The notes: generated by a model not told the origin, from the sequence alone. 64,000 nt of DNA from Eledone cirrhosa (GCA_964016885.1 OZ024744.1:52886001-52950000); one strand, 5' to 3'; shown: positions 1-12,860, counted from the first letter of the stretch. Numbers and translations are program-made.

Positions 1-275
1 ATAAAGATTGTTTACCTTTCTCGTTGTTTGTTTTCGAAACTTCCTTAATTTTGTTGCTGATGTTGTGTTCAGACATGCTGCTTGTAGCAAATCCTTGTAA
101 AATGAATTATGTATTTAGTCGGATATCTCTACGAATTCGAATAAAAGGTGTCTTTAGAAGATATAGTTAGGAGAATAACCAGTTATTCAACATGACTGTA
201 GTTGTGGCATTACTGTCGGAGATAGTATTCATCTTAACTTTAATAAATAGTCTCCCACGCCAAAATATGGGACTG
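1..275 (-). mobile_element. 5' end (5' UTR and ORF start) of an R4/Dong-like non-LTR retrotransposon, continuing off the left edge
   Basis: Reverse complement aligns closely with 18188-18475 (catattttggYgtgggagactatttattaa...gaatactatctccgacagtaatgccacaactacag...aaggatttgctaca), the 5' end of the long R4-like copy. Confidence 0.85.
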
Positions 276-304
276 ATATGCATGTATGTATGTGTGTATG
301 TATG

Positions 305-1685
305 TACACATTTTCATCAAAACAGTGTGAGACGGATTCTATCATAGAAACAGAAGAACCCTTTCATTGGAATTTGGAGAACTTAAATTAAGTAAATACG
401 TATGTATGTCTGTATATGTTTGTGTGTGTGCGTGCGAGTAACATGTGCGGGTGTTTTTCCATGTGTGGGTCTATTTGTTTCGAGCTCTATGTGTGCTCGT
501 GCATATGTTACTGTATTTATACATGTGTATATGCAGTTATTACATGCAGAATTTCTGTAATGTTTTACATATATTTACAGTTCCATTAGTAGATTGTATT
601 TTCAACTTCCTAACTAGCCGTGCTGTTTCTGGTTCTGTGAAGGCTAGCTTCCCAAGATTTGTACTAAAGCAGTTAATATGGCATACAAATGCCCCCCATT
701 GTCAATACAAATCTAAAGGTATAGTCAAGGTGGCGTGTCTGCATATTCTTCATAAGTCCAGCATCTTTAACATTATATTGACATCTACTGGGCAACTGAT
801 TTCCCCTACCGTACATGGCTTCATTTTTCTGGCCTGTTTTATATGCAATTTATTTGGGTTTTGACTGGAACAATCCACCCGTACTCTTTTATACTATGTA
901 TTCATACGTCTTCTGTCTCGCTGCAAGCATTTAAATGTTATTCTCAGGACTATCCAATCTGTGGATTGCATTGTATCGTTTCTTGCCAGTAAATGCCTCG
1001 TAAGTAAATAATATCGTTATGACATTTTTGGACAGCTGCTTATGACATGGGTGACAACCTGGATGTTTATTCCGCTGAGTCTACATATGTTCTCACATTG
1101 ACGTGTTTTACTTGCATCCTTATCTATTTTGTGAATCAGGTATTTCGTTATTATTTTCTGTTTTGGGATTACAAAACATATACTTCAAGGTGAAAGTAAT
1201 TTACCGGTAAAATAACTGATTTGCTTATCGGTATTACTTTCACTGTGACGCTTTCTGACAACATAGCCATGCAAAATTTCTGAGCAATTTTCCTGAGTAT
1301 TAGGTTTTGGTTATCATGCAGGGAATATTTCTCAATGAGCTCCTTCCCAACTCTTATGTAGAAAGACTAGTTCTATAGGTGGGCTTCTCGGTTAGGCAGT
1401 TCATAGATGTTGTCGTAGTAATATGATGTGACACTCAAATGCTGTTTGGACTGATTAAATTTCAGGTAGGGCAGCCTATATTACTGTTGGTGTGGAAATT
1501 TCTAGTGCCGGTTAGAAATTTTAGGCTTGTAACATCGATTAGGATCTTATCTAGGTTCTAGTTAAGTATCCGAAATGTAGGTTTTAGCACAGCCACATTA
1601 TAGGCTACAGATGTATTGTGTGCAGAGTGTTCAGAAAACCATATGTTTCTGATTCTGATGTTTTATACCCTGGTTACTTGTTCCC
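305..1685 (-). mobile_element. Decayed 3' half of an R4/Dong-like element (post-RT region, CCHC, REL endonuclease, 3' UTR, (TACA)n tail)
   Basis: Reverse complement is colinear with ~20070-21610. Shared TAATAActgcatatacacatgta stop context at 537-542 and shared 3' UTR motif aaattccaatga. Many stops and indels. Confidence 0.85.
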
Positions 1686-2409
1686 ACTCTTTACGTTGCC
1701 TAACCATTCTTGTTTGTTTACATGTCTCTCTTTCTCCACCCAATTCTTTTTATCCCAATAACTTTATTTAGTTATTGCTCGCGCTGGCCTGAGGTATCTG
1801 ATCTTTAATGCGAAGAAATATCTATGATGGCCAGAAGATCACTGATGATGGATAGTCCTGGTTTCTTACTCTATTTTTAATACATATGTATCACATCCGC
1901 AACAACGCAGCACGCCATTTTTCATCTCTATATTGTTTCCCTTCGCTGTGACCTGTCTTTCTCTTTCCATTCTCTCCATTCTCTCTCCTTGTAACTCTTA
2001 CTTTAATTCATCCCCTCTGCTAGTCACCCTCTCTCGGCTAGCCTCTTCCCCACACTTTAACTCACTCACTCTCTGCTACTCACCCTCTCTCACTTCCTCC
2101 TTCTGACCCGTTTGAAGTTCTTTTCACGCTCACATTTCGCATGGTTTGGACGCGTCTTTCGTCTTCTCGTCAATGATACGCTAGATCTTATGTTCACTTG
2201 AATCACTGACTTGATTTCTCAGTTTTCACTCTTTACGTTGCCTAACCATTCTTGTTTGTTTACATGTCTCTCTTTCACCACCCAATTCTTTTTATTCCAA
2301 ACACTTCATTTAGTTATTACTCGCGATGGCCTGAGGTATCTGATCTTTAATGCGAAGAAAAACCTATGATGGCCAGAAGATCACTGATGATGGATAGTCC
2401 TGGCTTCTT
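1686..2409 (+). mobile_element. Non-coding element with ~180 bp direct terminal repeats (1686-1867 and 2227-2409); Penelope pseudo-LTR-like or retrozyme-like
   Basis: Near-identical repeats cactctttacgttgcctaacc...agaagatcactgatgatggatagtcctgg flank a pyrimidine-rich interior. Family assignment is inference. Confidence 0.55.
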
Positions 2410-2442
2410 TCTAATTCATATATATATATATATGAATAAAAT

Positions 2443-2693
2443 TAGTCCGTCATCAGTGATCTTCCAACCGTCATTGGTATTTCTTCGCATTAAAGATCAT
2501 ATACCTCTGGTTGGTGCGAGCAATAACTAAAAAGTTATTGGGACACGTAGAATAGGGTGAAGCAAGCGAGACATGTAAACAAACAGAGATGGTAATGCAA
2601 CGGAAAGAGAGGAATAGGGCAAACAAGTCCATGATATTTGTGAACTTAAGTTCGATCAAATCATGGACGAGGAGAGATACAGACACGTCCAGA

Positions 2694-2697
<4 letters not shown>
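2443..2697 (-). mobile_element. Diverged inverted copy of 2141-2397 (same family), tail-to-tail across a (TA)n centre
   Basis: Reverse complement atggtctggacg...tgtttgtttacatgtctc...tgatctttaatgcgaagaaat...gaagatcactgatga matches 2141-2397. Confidence 0.75.
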
Positions 2698-2741
<44 letters not shown>

Positions 2742-2747
<6 letters not shown>

Positions 2748-3515
2748 AGTGGAGTTAAAACCTCACAATCATCCACTATAATTAAATGACCTCAAGGAAC
2801 AGATTCCGGGCTCTTTATAAATCAGCATATAGAGAGAAGTACACATAGAGATATGTGTTCAATCATAGGGGATCAAAAACCACCAGAGTGAGGAACATAT
2901 TAACTAAGGAAGGAATGGTGAATACAAATCAATAAAAATAATATATTAAAGTGTACAAGCCATCCAATTATAACTATAACATCTGGTATGTAACCTGCTA
3001 TTCTACTTCATACTACCACAATACTACCGCAAAATGTGTTGTAGTAGTTGACCTGTTTACACTACTGCCACTAAAGTCAATTAGGTCAGCTAGACCAGCA
3101 CACCCCTATTTTCTAGGTATATACATTTATTATAGTTAGTTGTTAAAAACAACACTAGCAGACTGACCTGTTTCAAGTACAACTGACATAAGAAATTCAA
3201 TAGACTTGGTACTGGAGTATTAATATAGTATCTGACCAATGAAGGGAAGGTAATTCTTCCGTTGCTTGAATTCTAATTCATATGCCACCAGTTCTTTGAG
3301 AAAACAACACCACATTTCGGATCTGGGCATATCAAAGGACCGAAATAACGGAGGTAAACTTTGTTCCTCCATTATATATTTCCGTTTTTTTCTGTTCAAG
3401 TTTTAGTTGCCTGATGAGATCATAGCCGTTGAACAATGGTTATCACCGAAATATATATTGCAGCGAATATGAATAAACGAAGTTAATTAAAACCTGTTGA
3501 CTTACACTTCTTGTT
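2742..3515 (+). mobile_element. Decayed 3' end of a Penelope-like element (possible GIY-YIG C-terminal remnant, hammerhead, poly(A) signal)
   Basis: ~2942-2975 reads YIKVYKPSNYN, resembling the Penelope GIY-YIG C-terminal IKxxKPSLN motif. Hammerhead at 3406-3464, AATAAA at 3472-3477, (TA)n on both sides. Confidence 0.5.
3406..3464 (+). ncRNA. Minimal type I hammerhead ribozyme (Penelope-type)
   Basis: Stem I gttgc/gcagc; CTGATGA 3411-3417; stem II atagccgtt/aatggttat with G-C closing pair; GAAA 3448-3451; short palindromic stem III (tatata); AUU triplet. Confidence 0.7.
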
Positions 3516-3576
3516 TATATATATAATAATGAAATGACAGGAGGCTGGATTTGTGTAAATCCTTGAAAGGTTTATT

Positions 3577-3634
3577 ATACTATGATCATTTCAATGTCCG
3601 GGTTCCGTATGAATCCGGTGATATCATCAGGTAT
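3577..3634 (-). ncRNA. Minimal type I hammerhead ribozyme, minus-strand copy
   Basis: Reverse complement reads atac CTGATGA tatcaccggattcatacggaacccggacatt GAAA tgatca TA gtat, then AATAAA. Confidence 0.65.
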
Positions 3635-3788
3635 TCGAAATATAATACGTGAATGTAATAGATAAAATCCATGGGCTGAAAATCGAGGGCGACCGGCTAA
3701 GGTAGACGGTGCAAGATAGCGGTCGCCCTCGGGTCTCGATTTTCAGCCCCATGGATTTTATCTATTACATTCACGTATTATATTTCGA

Positions 3789-3846
3789 ATACCTGATGAT
3801 ATCACCGGATTCATACGGAACCCGGTCATTGAAATGATCATAGTAT
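3789..3846 (+). ncRNA. Minimal type I hammerhead ribozyme, plus-strand copy
   Basis: Stem I atac/gtat; CTGATGA 3793-3799; stem II accgg/ccggt; GAAA 3831-3834; palindromic stem III tgatca; AUA triplet; AATAAA 3847-3852. First stem II pair is a non-canonical U-U. Confidence 0.65.
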
Positions 3847-4037
3847 AATAAACCTTTCAAGGATTTACACAAATCCAGCCTCCTGTCATTTCATTATAAT
3901 ATTTAACTCCGTAATAGCACCACCAACTACAAAAACAAAGACGGTTGAACTGCTTTACGTTGAGTACTCTCTATATTATTACATTACGATTGACCATACG
4001 GAATAGACCAGCTCTATACAGTGGTGAACCTCAAACC

Positions 4038-4071
<34 letters not shown>

Positions 4072-4074
<3 letters not shown>

Positions 4075-4500
4075 TAGCAGAGGTACCGGGCATTGCTCGG
4101 GTATTAAATACCAATTATGTATACCATTTATGTCAATACTTCAGTGGTGCTTGGAAAACTATACTTTTACAAAATCATCGGCTTTTTCCAAAAGGGGGTT
4201 CTTGCCCCCAGGGGTTCCCTACTCAATATGTGCCAATTCTGAGAGTTCACATTCATCTGTAGAACAAACGTAGCCCATGTGTAAAGTTTTGTGAAAATCG
4301 GTTGCGAACTCCAGAAGTCATGACGTTTTGTTGCATTGCACTGCAGTGCTTCAGTCGACTCCAAAGAAGTGGTTAAAGGGGGTTATCTGCCGGGAGGCCC
4401 TATAATCAATATCTGGAAAAATGAAAGTGCCCATGACCACCCGGAGTACATAAGTAACCTATGTCTTAAGTTTGGTGAAAATACTGTAGAAATGCATAAG
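4072..4500 (+). mobile_element. Non-autonomous Helitron/Helentron-associated (DINE-1/Lep1/HINE-like) fragment
   Basis: Starts TACTAGcagaggtaccgggcattgctcggg (typical CTAG plus short hairpin) directly after (TA)n; internal aagttt(t/g)gtgaaaat(cgg) motifs. Confidence 0.45.
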
Positions 4501-4644
4501 GTTTACACACACACGTGTGTGCGTTTGTGTGTTTGTGTGTGTGTATGTATTTGTGTGTGCGTATGTTTATGTATGTGTATGTCCGTCGGGGCATAGGTAT
4601 GTACTGGCCTCAATCTTCACTATTTACTTTTACTATTTTAAGGC

Positions 4645-4760
4645 AAAGTTCAAATCCCGTCGAGGTTAACTTTCCCTTTCATCATTACGGGATCGATAAA
4701 ATAAAGTACCAGTAATGTACTGGGTTATTGCTGGCCTTGTGCCAAAAGTAGAAACAACTA
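4645..4760 (+). mobile_element. Partial tRNA-derived octopus-type SINE
   Basis: B-box-like gttcaaatcc, then aactttccctttcatc...gggatcgataaaataaagtaccagt...ggccttgtgccaaaagtagaaac, homologous to 24335-24473. Confidence 0.7.
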
Positions 4761-5461
4761 TTTTAATAACCTCTGTCATTTTCGTTTACAATTTTATTTA
4801 CATCATTCTTAAACTCCGGGGCTGGAAATCATTCGGTTATTTTAAATAGAATATTAGTCTAACGACTCCATTTACACCATAAACTTGGTCTTGTCTTTGC
4901 ATGAAATTGTTTTTCTCGCTCCACATAACGACGTATTATCCTCGCTTTTGTTTTCGTTCATTGCCAGGGAACGTCTTCACGAACCAAAATATCGTCTTCC
5001 TGTTTTCCTTCGGTTGCAAACGTTTCTCGAAATATTTAATTATGCGTTCACAGATTGAATTTATAAGTTTAAGAAGATCCCGTTATTGTTGACAGCAGCG
5101 ATTCTTTGCTTAAACTTTCTTTCTTTCTCAACCCTCTCCCTTTTTTTTCATACCCTCTCTCTCACTCATACCCCCCTCTCTCTCTCTCTCTCTCTTAGAG
5201 AGAATGCAACATGTATGTTGTTTCATAGATTTTTGAGAATGAAAATATAAACAGCATATAAATAAATTTACAGTAGAATAACATAACAAATATGTTTTAA
5301 ATATATACATAAATAACATTACAAATGCCTCGGTAACACTACAAAGGATGATACAATATTAAAGAAAATGTAAAGGAAGGGATGAAAAACGGAGCCAACA
5401 CCAGAGCAAAAAACAGCAACGTCGCGAGTACTGGGCAACCTCTCTCATGATTTTTGAAGCA

Positions 5462-6274
<813 letters not shown>

Positions 6275-6317
6275 GTGAACTATCTCTGGAGACGGAAAAG
6301 GTAGAAAGAGTTGTCTA

Positions 6318-6380
6318 CGAGGAGTAGAACCCCGCATCACTCGAATGCCAAGGGAGTGCATTAAAGAACTGTTGGCCACA
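6318..6380 (-). mobile_element. tRNA-derived head (SINE-like), not an intact tRNA
   Basis: Reverse complement: tggccaacag (A-box-like), cactc...gagtg stem, gGTTCTACTCc B box within a T-arm-like stem. Confidence 0.35.
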
Positions 6381-7039
6381 ATTTTCCGTGTTTTTAAGGC
6401 GATTTTAAACCAGCCTGTAGAAGTGTGAACAAAGCGATTGACTTAACTAGTATTGGGAAAATCTTTAAAAAAATTGAAATGAGTCATTATACAATTGTGT
6501 ATGTTAATTGAATCGGCACCCATGTATAAGTAATGCTTGCTCCATATACTCTAAATTAAAGAACAAGTAGAGGCTAAGAAGTAGAGGGACAATAAGAATA
6601 TTACATGTTGTACATTTTAAACTAAATTTAAATAAATTAAAGACAACAAAGCATTTAAGAATACTTATATTTTTCTTATATTTCTTTTACTTTTGTCAAA
6701 AAATAAAAATAAAATGTGACGTATTGAATTGTTAAGAATGAAAGGAAGGTGATATGGAGACAATGTAAGTAAATGAAGTAAGAAAGGGCGAAAGTTGATG
6801 TTTTATTGAAAGAACGAATAATTATTGCTATTTTGCTCAGGCACTTTTGTTGTTCAGCAGCACCAGCTGTTACTTCAATACAGAGTCTAACATTAACGAA
6901 GTAATATTACCTGTAACAACAACAGCAGAAGAAGACACAGTATAAGGAGTGGCTAGTTTTGTTGGTGAAGAACAACGGGGTTGTCACTTTGGGTATCTAA
7001 ATTTAGTATTCAATATAGTGCGATATCTCAGACATATAT

Positions 7040-7690
7040 TACAATATCAATATATTGTGATGTCTGTGTCCTATGTTACAGAGGGTGATATTCATTAAAT
7101 TCTGATATCTGTGGTCCATGCTACTATAATCTAATATCCAATATATTGTGGTATATCTCTGATATCTGTTACTATAAGGTAATATCAAATATATTGTGGT
7201 ACATCTCTGATATAACGTAATATAATATAATATCCAATATATTGTGGTATATATCTGATATATGTTACTATAAGGTAATATCAAATATATTGTGATATCT
7301 CTGATATATGTTACTATAAGGTAATATCAAATAGATTGTGATATCTCTGATATATGTTACTATAAGGTAATATCCAATATATTGTGATACCTCTGAAACT
7401 TGGTACTATAATGTAATATCAAATATATTATGATATATCTGATTTATTTTACTATAAGGGGATATATAAATCATGATGATATTTGACATATAACTTACTA
7501 TAAGATAATATCAAATACATTGTGATATCAATGATATAACTTACTATAATGTAATATCAAATATATTATGATATCTATGATCTATGTTACTACAAGGTAA
7601 TATCCGATATATTGTGATATCTCTGGTATATGTTACTATAAGCATAATCTAAAATATATTTTGATTCAATATTTGTGATATAACCAAGGA
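7040..7690. repeat. AT-rich ~46-bp minisatellite, about 12-13 diverged copies
   Basis: Unit ~tgatatatgttactataaggtaatatcaaatatattgtgatatctc; period 46 between 7301 and 7347. Confidence 0.9.
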
Positions 7691-7867
7691 TAGAGCTGTG
7701 TTAGAGGGAGAATTGGAAATGATTGAAGGACGCCTTCTTAAAAAAGCTACGATCGTCAATAAGTTGTTATATTATGAAAGCACAGAAAATGGTGGGTGAC
7801 TATGAAAAAGGTTTATATGAATTTCTAGAGTTGTTTTCCCACAGTTATGTGAGAGGAATGGAGGAAC

Positions 7868-7945
7868 GTGAAATAAGGTGTCTTGCTGAAAGACTCAATG
7901 CACCGCGACGAATCCTGAGCCGAACAACTTAACCACTGAGCCACG
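7868..7945 (-). mobile_element. Fragment of a tRNA-derived SINE head
   Basis: aaggtgtcttgctgaaagactcaa...ttaaccactgagccacg; reverse complement begins gtggctcagtggttaa (A box). Confidence 0.5.
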
Positions 7946-8180
7946 TGACGTCATTGAGCTTAACTATGAAAATATGAAAAAATAACATCTGCATTCTTCA
8001 CCATCATTGCCGTATGAATTCTAGCAATGGATTATTGTTTTTTGTTGTTGTTGCTGAAACCAGTTCTTCACGTATGAATTCATATAATGAAAATAATAAG
8101 ATACCATATACGCATACATATGAATACTTACATAAATGCATGCATACATACATTATATACATACATATATACATATATAC

Positions 8181-8211
<31 letters not shown>

Positions 8212-9664
8212 CATGAATTGTAAAGTAATGACTTTGCTGGTGGTGGTAGTTGTGTTGTTGTTGGTGCTAGTGGTGGTGGTATTGGTGTTAGTGTTGTTGT
8301 TGCTGTTAGTGATGTTGCACTGGTGGTTGTGAAGTAATGACATTTCATTGAAGCTGATGGTTCGCAGCTTTTACAATTATCATTACATACATATATCTTC
8401 TCAGTTGAATGCAATACAGAATCATATCAATCCGCATTGTTTACAAACGCACGTCCTACTAATAGAAAAAACGACATTTTTTATACGGTTTCCTCGCATC
8501 TAGATTCAATTCCGGGTGTTAAAAACGGTTCTACTCAAAATGTTTGGACACATTCTGTATATTTTATCTCAATGAATTTTATTTTCTTCGAACACTTTCA
8601 CATGTATATTACGTTTTTTTAATTTTTATTTCAGATAAGATTTAAGAGAATCTTTATATCTTAACTTTGGTGTGTGAAGGACACTTTTTCTAAAACTTTA
8701 TTCTCCATACAATATTCAAATTCTATCATATTTCATACGAACTAGACAGGTTTCTTGGTCTGCTACACTGTAGGAGAACTATGATTACAACATTCCCTAA
8801 CACCAAAACTTCAACATCGCACTCTATGGTAAATGAAGAAAAAATGCTGAAAACACTTCAAATGTTTAAAGTTTCCAATATAAGTTTCGTGTATTACAGC
8901 CATATAACCAAAGAGAAAAATGAACTTTTTGAAAGTGGATATTTTATTGTATATTTTATGTATCTTTGAGGCAATATTGAATATTGTTATATCCAAAACA
9001 TCCATGACTTCTAAATTATATTTACAAATTAGTCATTCAAATTTGTAGGCCTGTTGTTCAACACGCTGCCAAGATATTTGAAGAAATGTTCGTCGTTATG
9101 AAGTCCGCCATTTGTTAAAATCCTTAAAAGTTCGGAAAGAATGAATTTCGGAATTTGTTTCGGCTTTCTGCACATCGTGTTCCAATAATCTTGCCGAGGA
9201 CAGCTTTGTCAATCATCTTTCAGGGATAATAAATAATGTACTTGCAGTCGATTCTTTCTCTCAGTCCCTCATTCAAACTCTCTATCTCTCTCTATTTTCC
9301 TTCTCTGGAAGAGATCGGCAATGTTTACACCTGATCTATGCTGAAGACCGTCAGTATCTCACTACCTTCTGCACAGTCTGCCCTGATATTTTCAGAACTT
9401 CCGAGTCCATGCGTGACACGTTTTTCAATATATAACATTAATTTCAACTCCATATAAGGCAATGCTGATAAAAAACAGTTTTGCTTTTTTTTTTAATGAA
9501 GATTTATTGGGAAGCCTAATATATTATATAGCAATTAAATTTTATCCATAAGATTTTGGAGATCTTTTTTTATTCGGCCCGATAATATCACAAATATCGG
9601 TATGAAAGGGGTTCCTTATCAGGTATTTAAAAGTGTGATTTGAGATAGACATTTTGGGATTGAT

Positions 9665-9738
9665 TCACACACACACACACGCACATATATACATAAACAT
9701 AAACACATACATACAAATATTCATACATATATATACAC

Positions 9739-9807
<69 letters not shown>

Positions 9808-9808
9808 C

Positions 9809-9873
<65 letters not shown>

Positions 9874-9890
9874 TACCTATATCTATATAT
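9665..9890. repeat. (CA)n/(TA)n microsatellite
   Basis: Directly visible. Confidence 0.95.
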
Positions 9891-10004
9891 GATGGCTTCG
9901 CCCTCGTTATCGAGTATGGCCAATACACGATATACCGTTATTAATAATTATTAATTAATTCTATCGTGCAATGCCTGTGCATGAAGATTATTTTAAGTGA
10001 GGAA

Positions 10005-10190
10005 AGACTGCACTGAGCCAATCCCACTCTGAGCGACACTAGCTATTACCCGAAAAGAAGAAAAGATCAACATCATCGGTAACTACCGAGCCGCAGGTTT
10101 TATATCGGAGTTATCCCAGTTTCCTGAGTTGCCATCTCCTTGAAGAATGCCCTGACAAAGGCTAGTGGTCCTTCACTCCCATACATACAA
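10005..10190 (-). mobile_element. Fragment of the RTE-derived non-autonomous family also seen at 17472-18082 and 21617-22010
   Basis: Shared blocks actgcac..agcca.tcccactct...aaaagaagaa...tcaacatcat...gcagg..ttatatc.gagtt...tgacaaaggcta. Confidence 0.6.
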
Positions 10191-10199
10191 TCATACAAG

Positions 10200-12300
10200 A
10201 TTTAAAACTCTAAACTCCAAACAACACCAGCTGAAACAACAACTCACAGCTGCATCAGAAAGACTAAAATATAAGTCAACACCACATAAATGGAAAGTAC
10301 TAAATAGATTATTTGCTAGAGATTCTAAGTGAGTTTAGTGCAGCTTCAATGAGAAAAGCACAATCCCTGTGAATGACACCCCTTCAAAATAACAGGATGA
10401 GAGCTACTGGAGATCTATATGGGAAACAAATGATGGGTTTATCAAACAAACTAAATGGCTAAAGAAACTGGAATAGGAATACTGCTAGCATGTCCAGACA
10501 AAACAATATGACATAGATGGGTCAATACTAGAAACAGGTCTACCGAAAATGTTGAATAGGAAATCACCAGGATACTGGCTGAAGAATTTCACCTTCTATT
10601 GGCAAGATCTCATACGGCCGTTTAGAGAAACCATTAAAGGCACACAAGACTTTCCCCAATGGTTATTAACTGCCACTACTGTCTTCATCCCCCAAAATAG
10701 CCAGACCACCCTTGCTAAAATTACCGCCCAATAGTCTGCCAGAACATCAAGTATAAATTATACACTGGGTGCCTTAATCTGTTCTTACAGGATCATTGTG
10801 CCACCAACAACATTATAACACCCGAACAAGCTCGTGGAAAGAAGGAGGTGTGGGGCTGCATAGATCACCTACTAACAAATAAAATGATACAGGAAAAAAC
10901 GACAAAGAATCGCAGGAACAGGCATCTTTCAGGGTGATAGCTTATCAGGGCTGCTCTTCGTCCTCTCACTAAACTCACTATCATACCTGCTCACAAAACA
11001 AAGGGGTCGTGGAAGTGGGTCCAGAAGTATCTCCCATCTTTTCTTTGTTGATGACTTGAAGTGGTATGGGCCAAATACCAACTATATCAAACAACAATTG
11101 GGCCTCAATACACAATTTTCTGCAGACATCAAAATAAAATTTGGTGAGTCCACATGTCCATATTTGACAGTAAAACGTGGAAGGTTTCTCAGAGTTACTG
11201 AAAACTTTAACATCAATTGTGATGTGGATAGGCTGTACTTTTCACGCAAGGAATGTGGTCTAAAATCCATATTAACACCTTCAACAGAAGAAAAAGGTCA
11301 GCAATCATCTTGTCCAGGTCTATGAGCATGAAGGAAATAATATAATTAGGCTAGCTTCTGATCTGGAGGAGAGATATGGAATAAGGCCTGGTATAAATAT
11401 CTATCATACGAACATTGGAAGATCCTATTCAATGTTCGAACAAGATAAAAAAAAAAATGGACCTATTTACAGATAAAGTTGTGCATGGGTGCCTGAGACG
11501 AAAAACAGACCATAGAGGGGATAAATCATTCAAAAAGCCTGGCATGGAGTTCCGACAAGTTTATGACATCCACCTTGAAGGATACAATACAGGACTAAGA
11601 AATCCCTATCAAATATCAGCTACACAAAAGAGGAGGGCCATCAGTCAACAATAAATGTAGACTATGTAAAACAAAGATCGATGATGTTAGCCACATTGTT
11701 GCCAACTGCGAAAGAGTGTCGTCTCGCTACTACTTCCCAATGAGACTCGATGTGATAGCTAGAACCATCTGCAGCGCACTTAGGAAAATAAGATTAAAAA
11801 CAAATGATGAGGAATATGTTGAGATAGATGGCACTAAAGAATACTGGTGGAACCTGAAAATAAAAATAAACTGTCACTAAATTAAAGCCCAGCCGGCCTG
11901 ATATTGTTGTTTGGGACCACGTGCTCTGTTGTAAAGTTCAGCTGCCCACTTGATGTCAACATTGTAAGAAAAATACAAGTGGAGGAGGATATCTACGGAG
12001 TTTTGCAGATCCAGTATCCAACATACACTTTCAGCTTCATAATCATCATTATTGGAGCTACAGATTATATACCAACCCGTTTAGACCATAGTGTAACTGA
12101 ACTTAGATTTGTGGACAAAGAGCACAGCTCCCTAATTCATAAACTACAAATGGCTGCGATAGCTGGCACCTTCAAAATTTGCAAAACATTTTTGCGATTC
12201 ATGGAACGACAATTTCTTTTCTTTTACAACCTTGTCACCAGGAAGGTGACCGGTCAAACATGTACTCGAAATAAAGAGAAAGATAATCGTACATACATAT
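10200..12300 (+). mobile_element. Heavily deleted R4/Dong-like retrotransposon (second subfamily)
   Basis: Broken frames give FPQWL..ATTVFIP, FQGDSLS, SHLFFVDDLK, CRLCK..IDDVSHIVANC, RPD-like, FSCPLDVNIV, IIIGA..YIP, GTFKICKTFL; ends in tacatacata. Confidence 0.85.
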
Positions 12301-12409
12301 AAGATGGCTGCAAATTCGTGTTTGCACATTCCTTGCTATATTCCTTACACCTTTTCAGATTATGTATGTATATACATACAAACATACATACACACACATA
12401 CATATAGAG

Positions 12410-12860
12410 AGCAATATGTTAAGACTCATGGCTGAAAGGAATACTGGTGGAACCTGAAAATATACTCTGACACCAACTTAAAACACAACTGGCCTGATAT
12501 TATTGTTTGGGATTATTCATTAAAACATACTCTGTTGTAGAAGTCGGCTGCTCGGCTGTAAGAGAATTTGCAGACCCAATACTCAGTTTCTTACCTGTTA
12601 TTTTTGAGGACTACATCATATATACCAACCAGCTTGGACCATAGTATGACTGAACTTGGATTTCTTGGGAAAGAACACAGCTCTTTCATTTTGAACTACA
12701 AAATGGCAGCGAAATCTGGTACCTTCAGAATCTGTAAAATATTTTCTTACGATTTAAAAGACGAACAATTGCACAGGAGACAAAGAAAACTTTCCTTTTC
12801 TTTACAACTTTGCCACCGGGAAGGTGACCAGTAAAAAATATACTCAAAATTCAGAGAGAC
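12410..12860 (+). mobile_element. 5'-truncated 3' end of the same R4/Dong subfamily, in tandem with the previous copy
   Basis: Homologous to 11810-12290 (gaatactggtggaacctgaaaata...ggcctgatatt...3' UTR cacc(a/g)ggaaggtgacc). Confidence 0.8.

Larger units (their letters stand above)
3526..3897. repeat. Near-perfect inverted repeat (arms 3526-3695 and 3720-3897) of a Penelope-like pseudo-LTR, head-to-head
   Basis: Arms are reverse complements apart from about one substitution, a 1-nt indel and a 7-nt insertion; 24-nt spacer. Confidence 0.95.

Noticed and set aside
445-864. 139-aa plus-strand ORF
   Set aside because: Antisense to the decayed R4 endonuclease region and 3' UTR; no independent coding signal
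9060-9430. Possible host exon or promoter (aaatggcgg YY1-like word on the minus strand)
   Set aside because: No sustained ORF or convincing splice pair; a single short motif is insufficient
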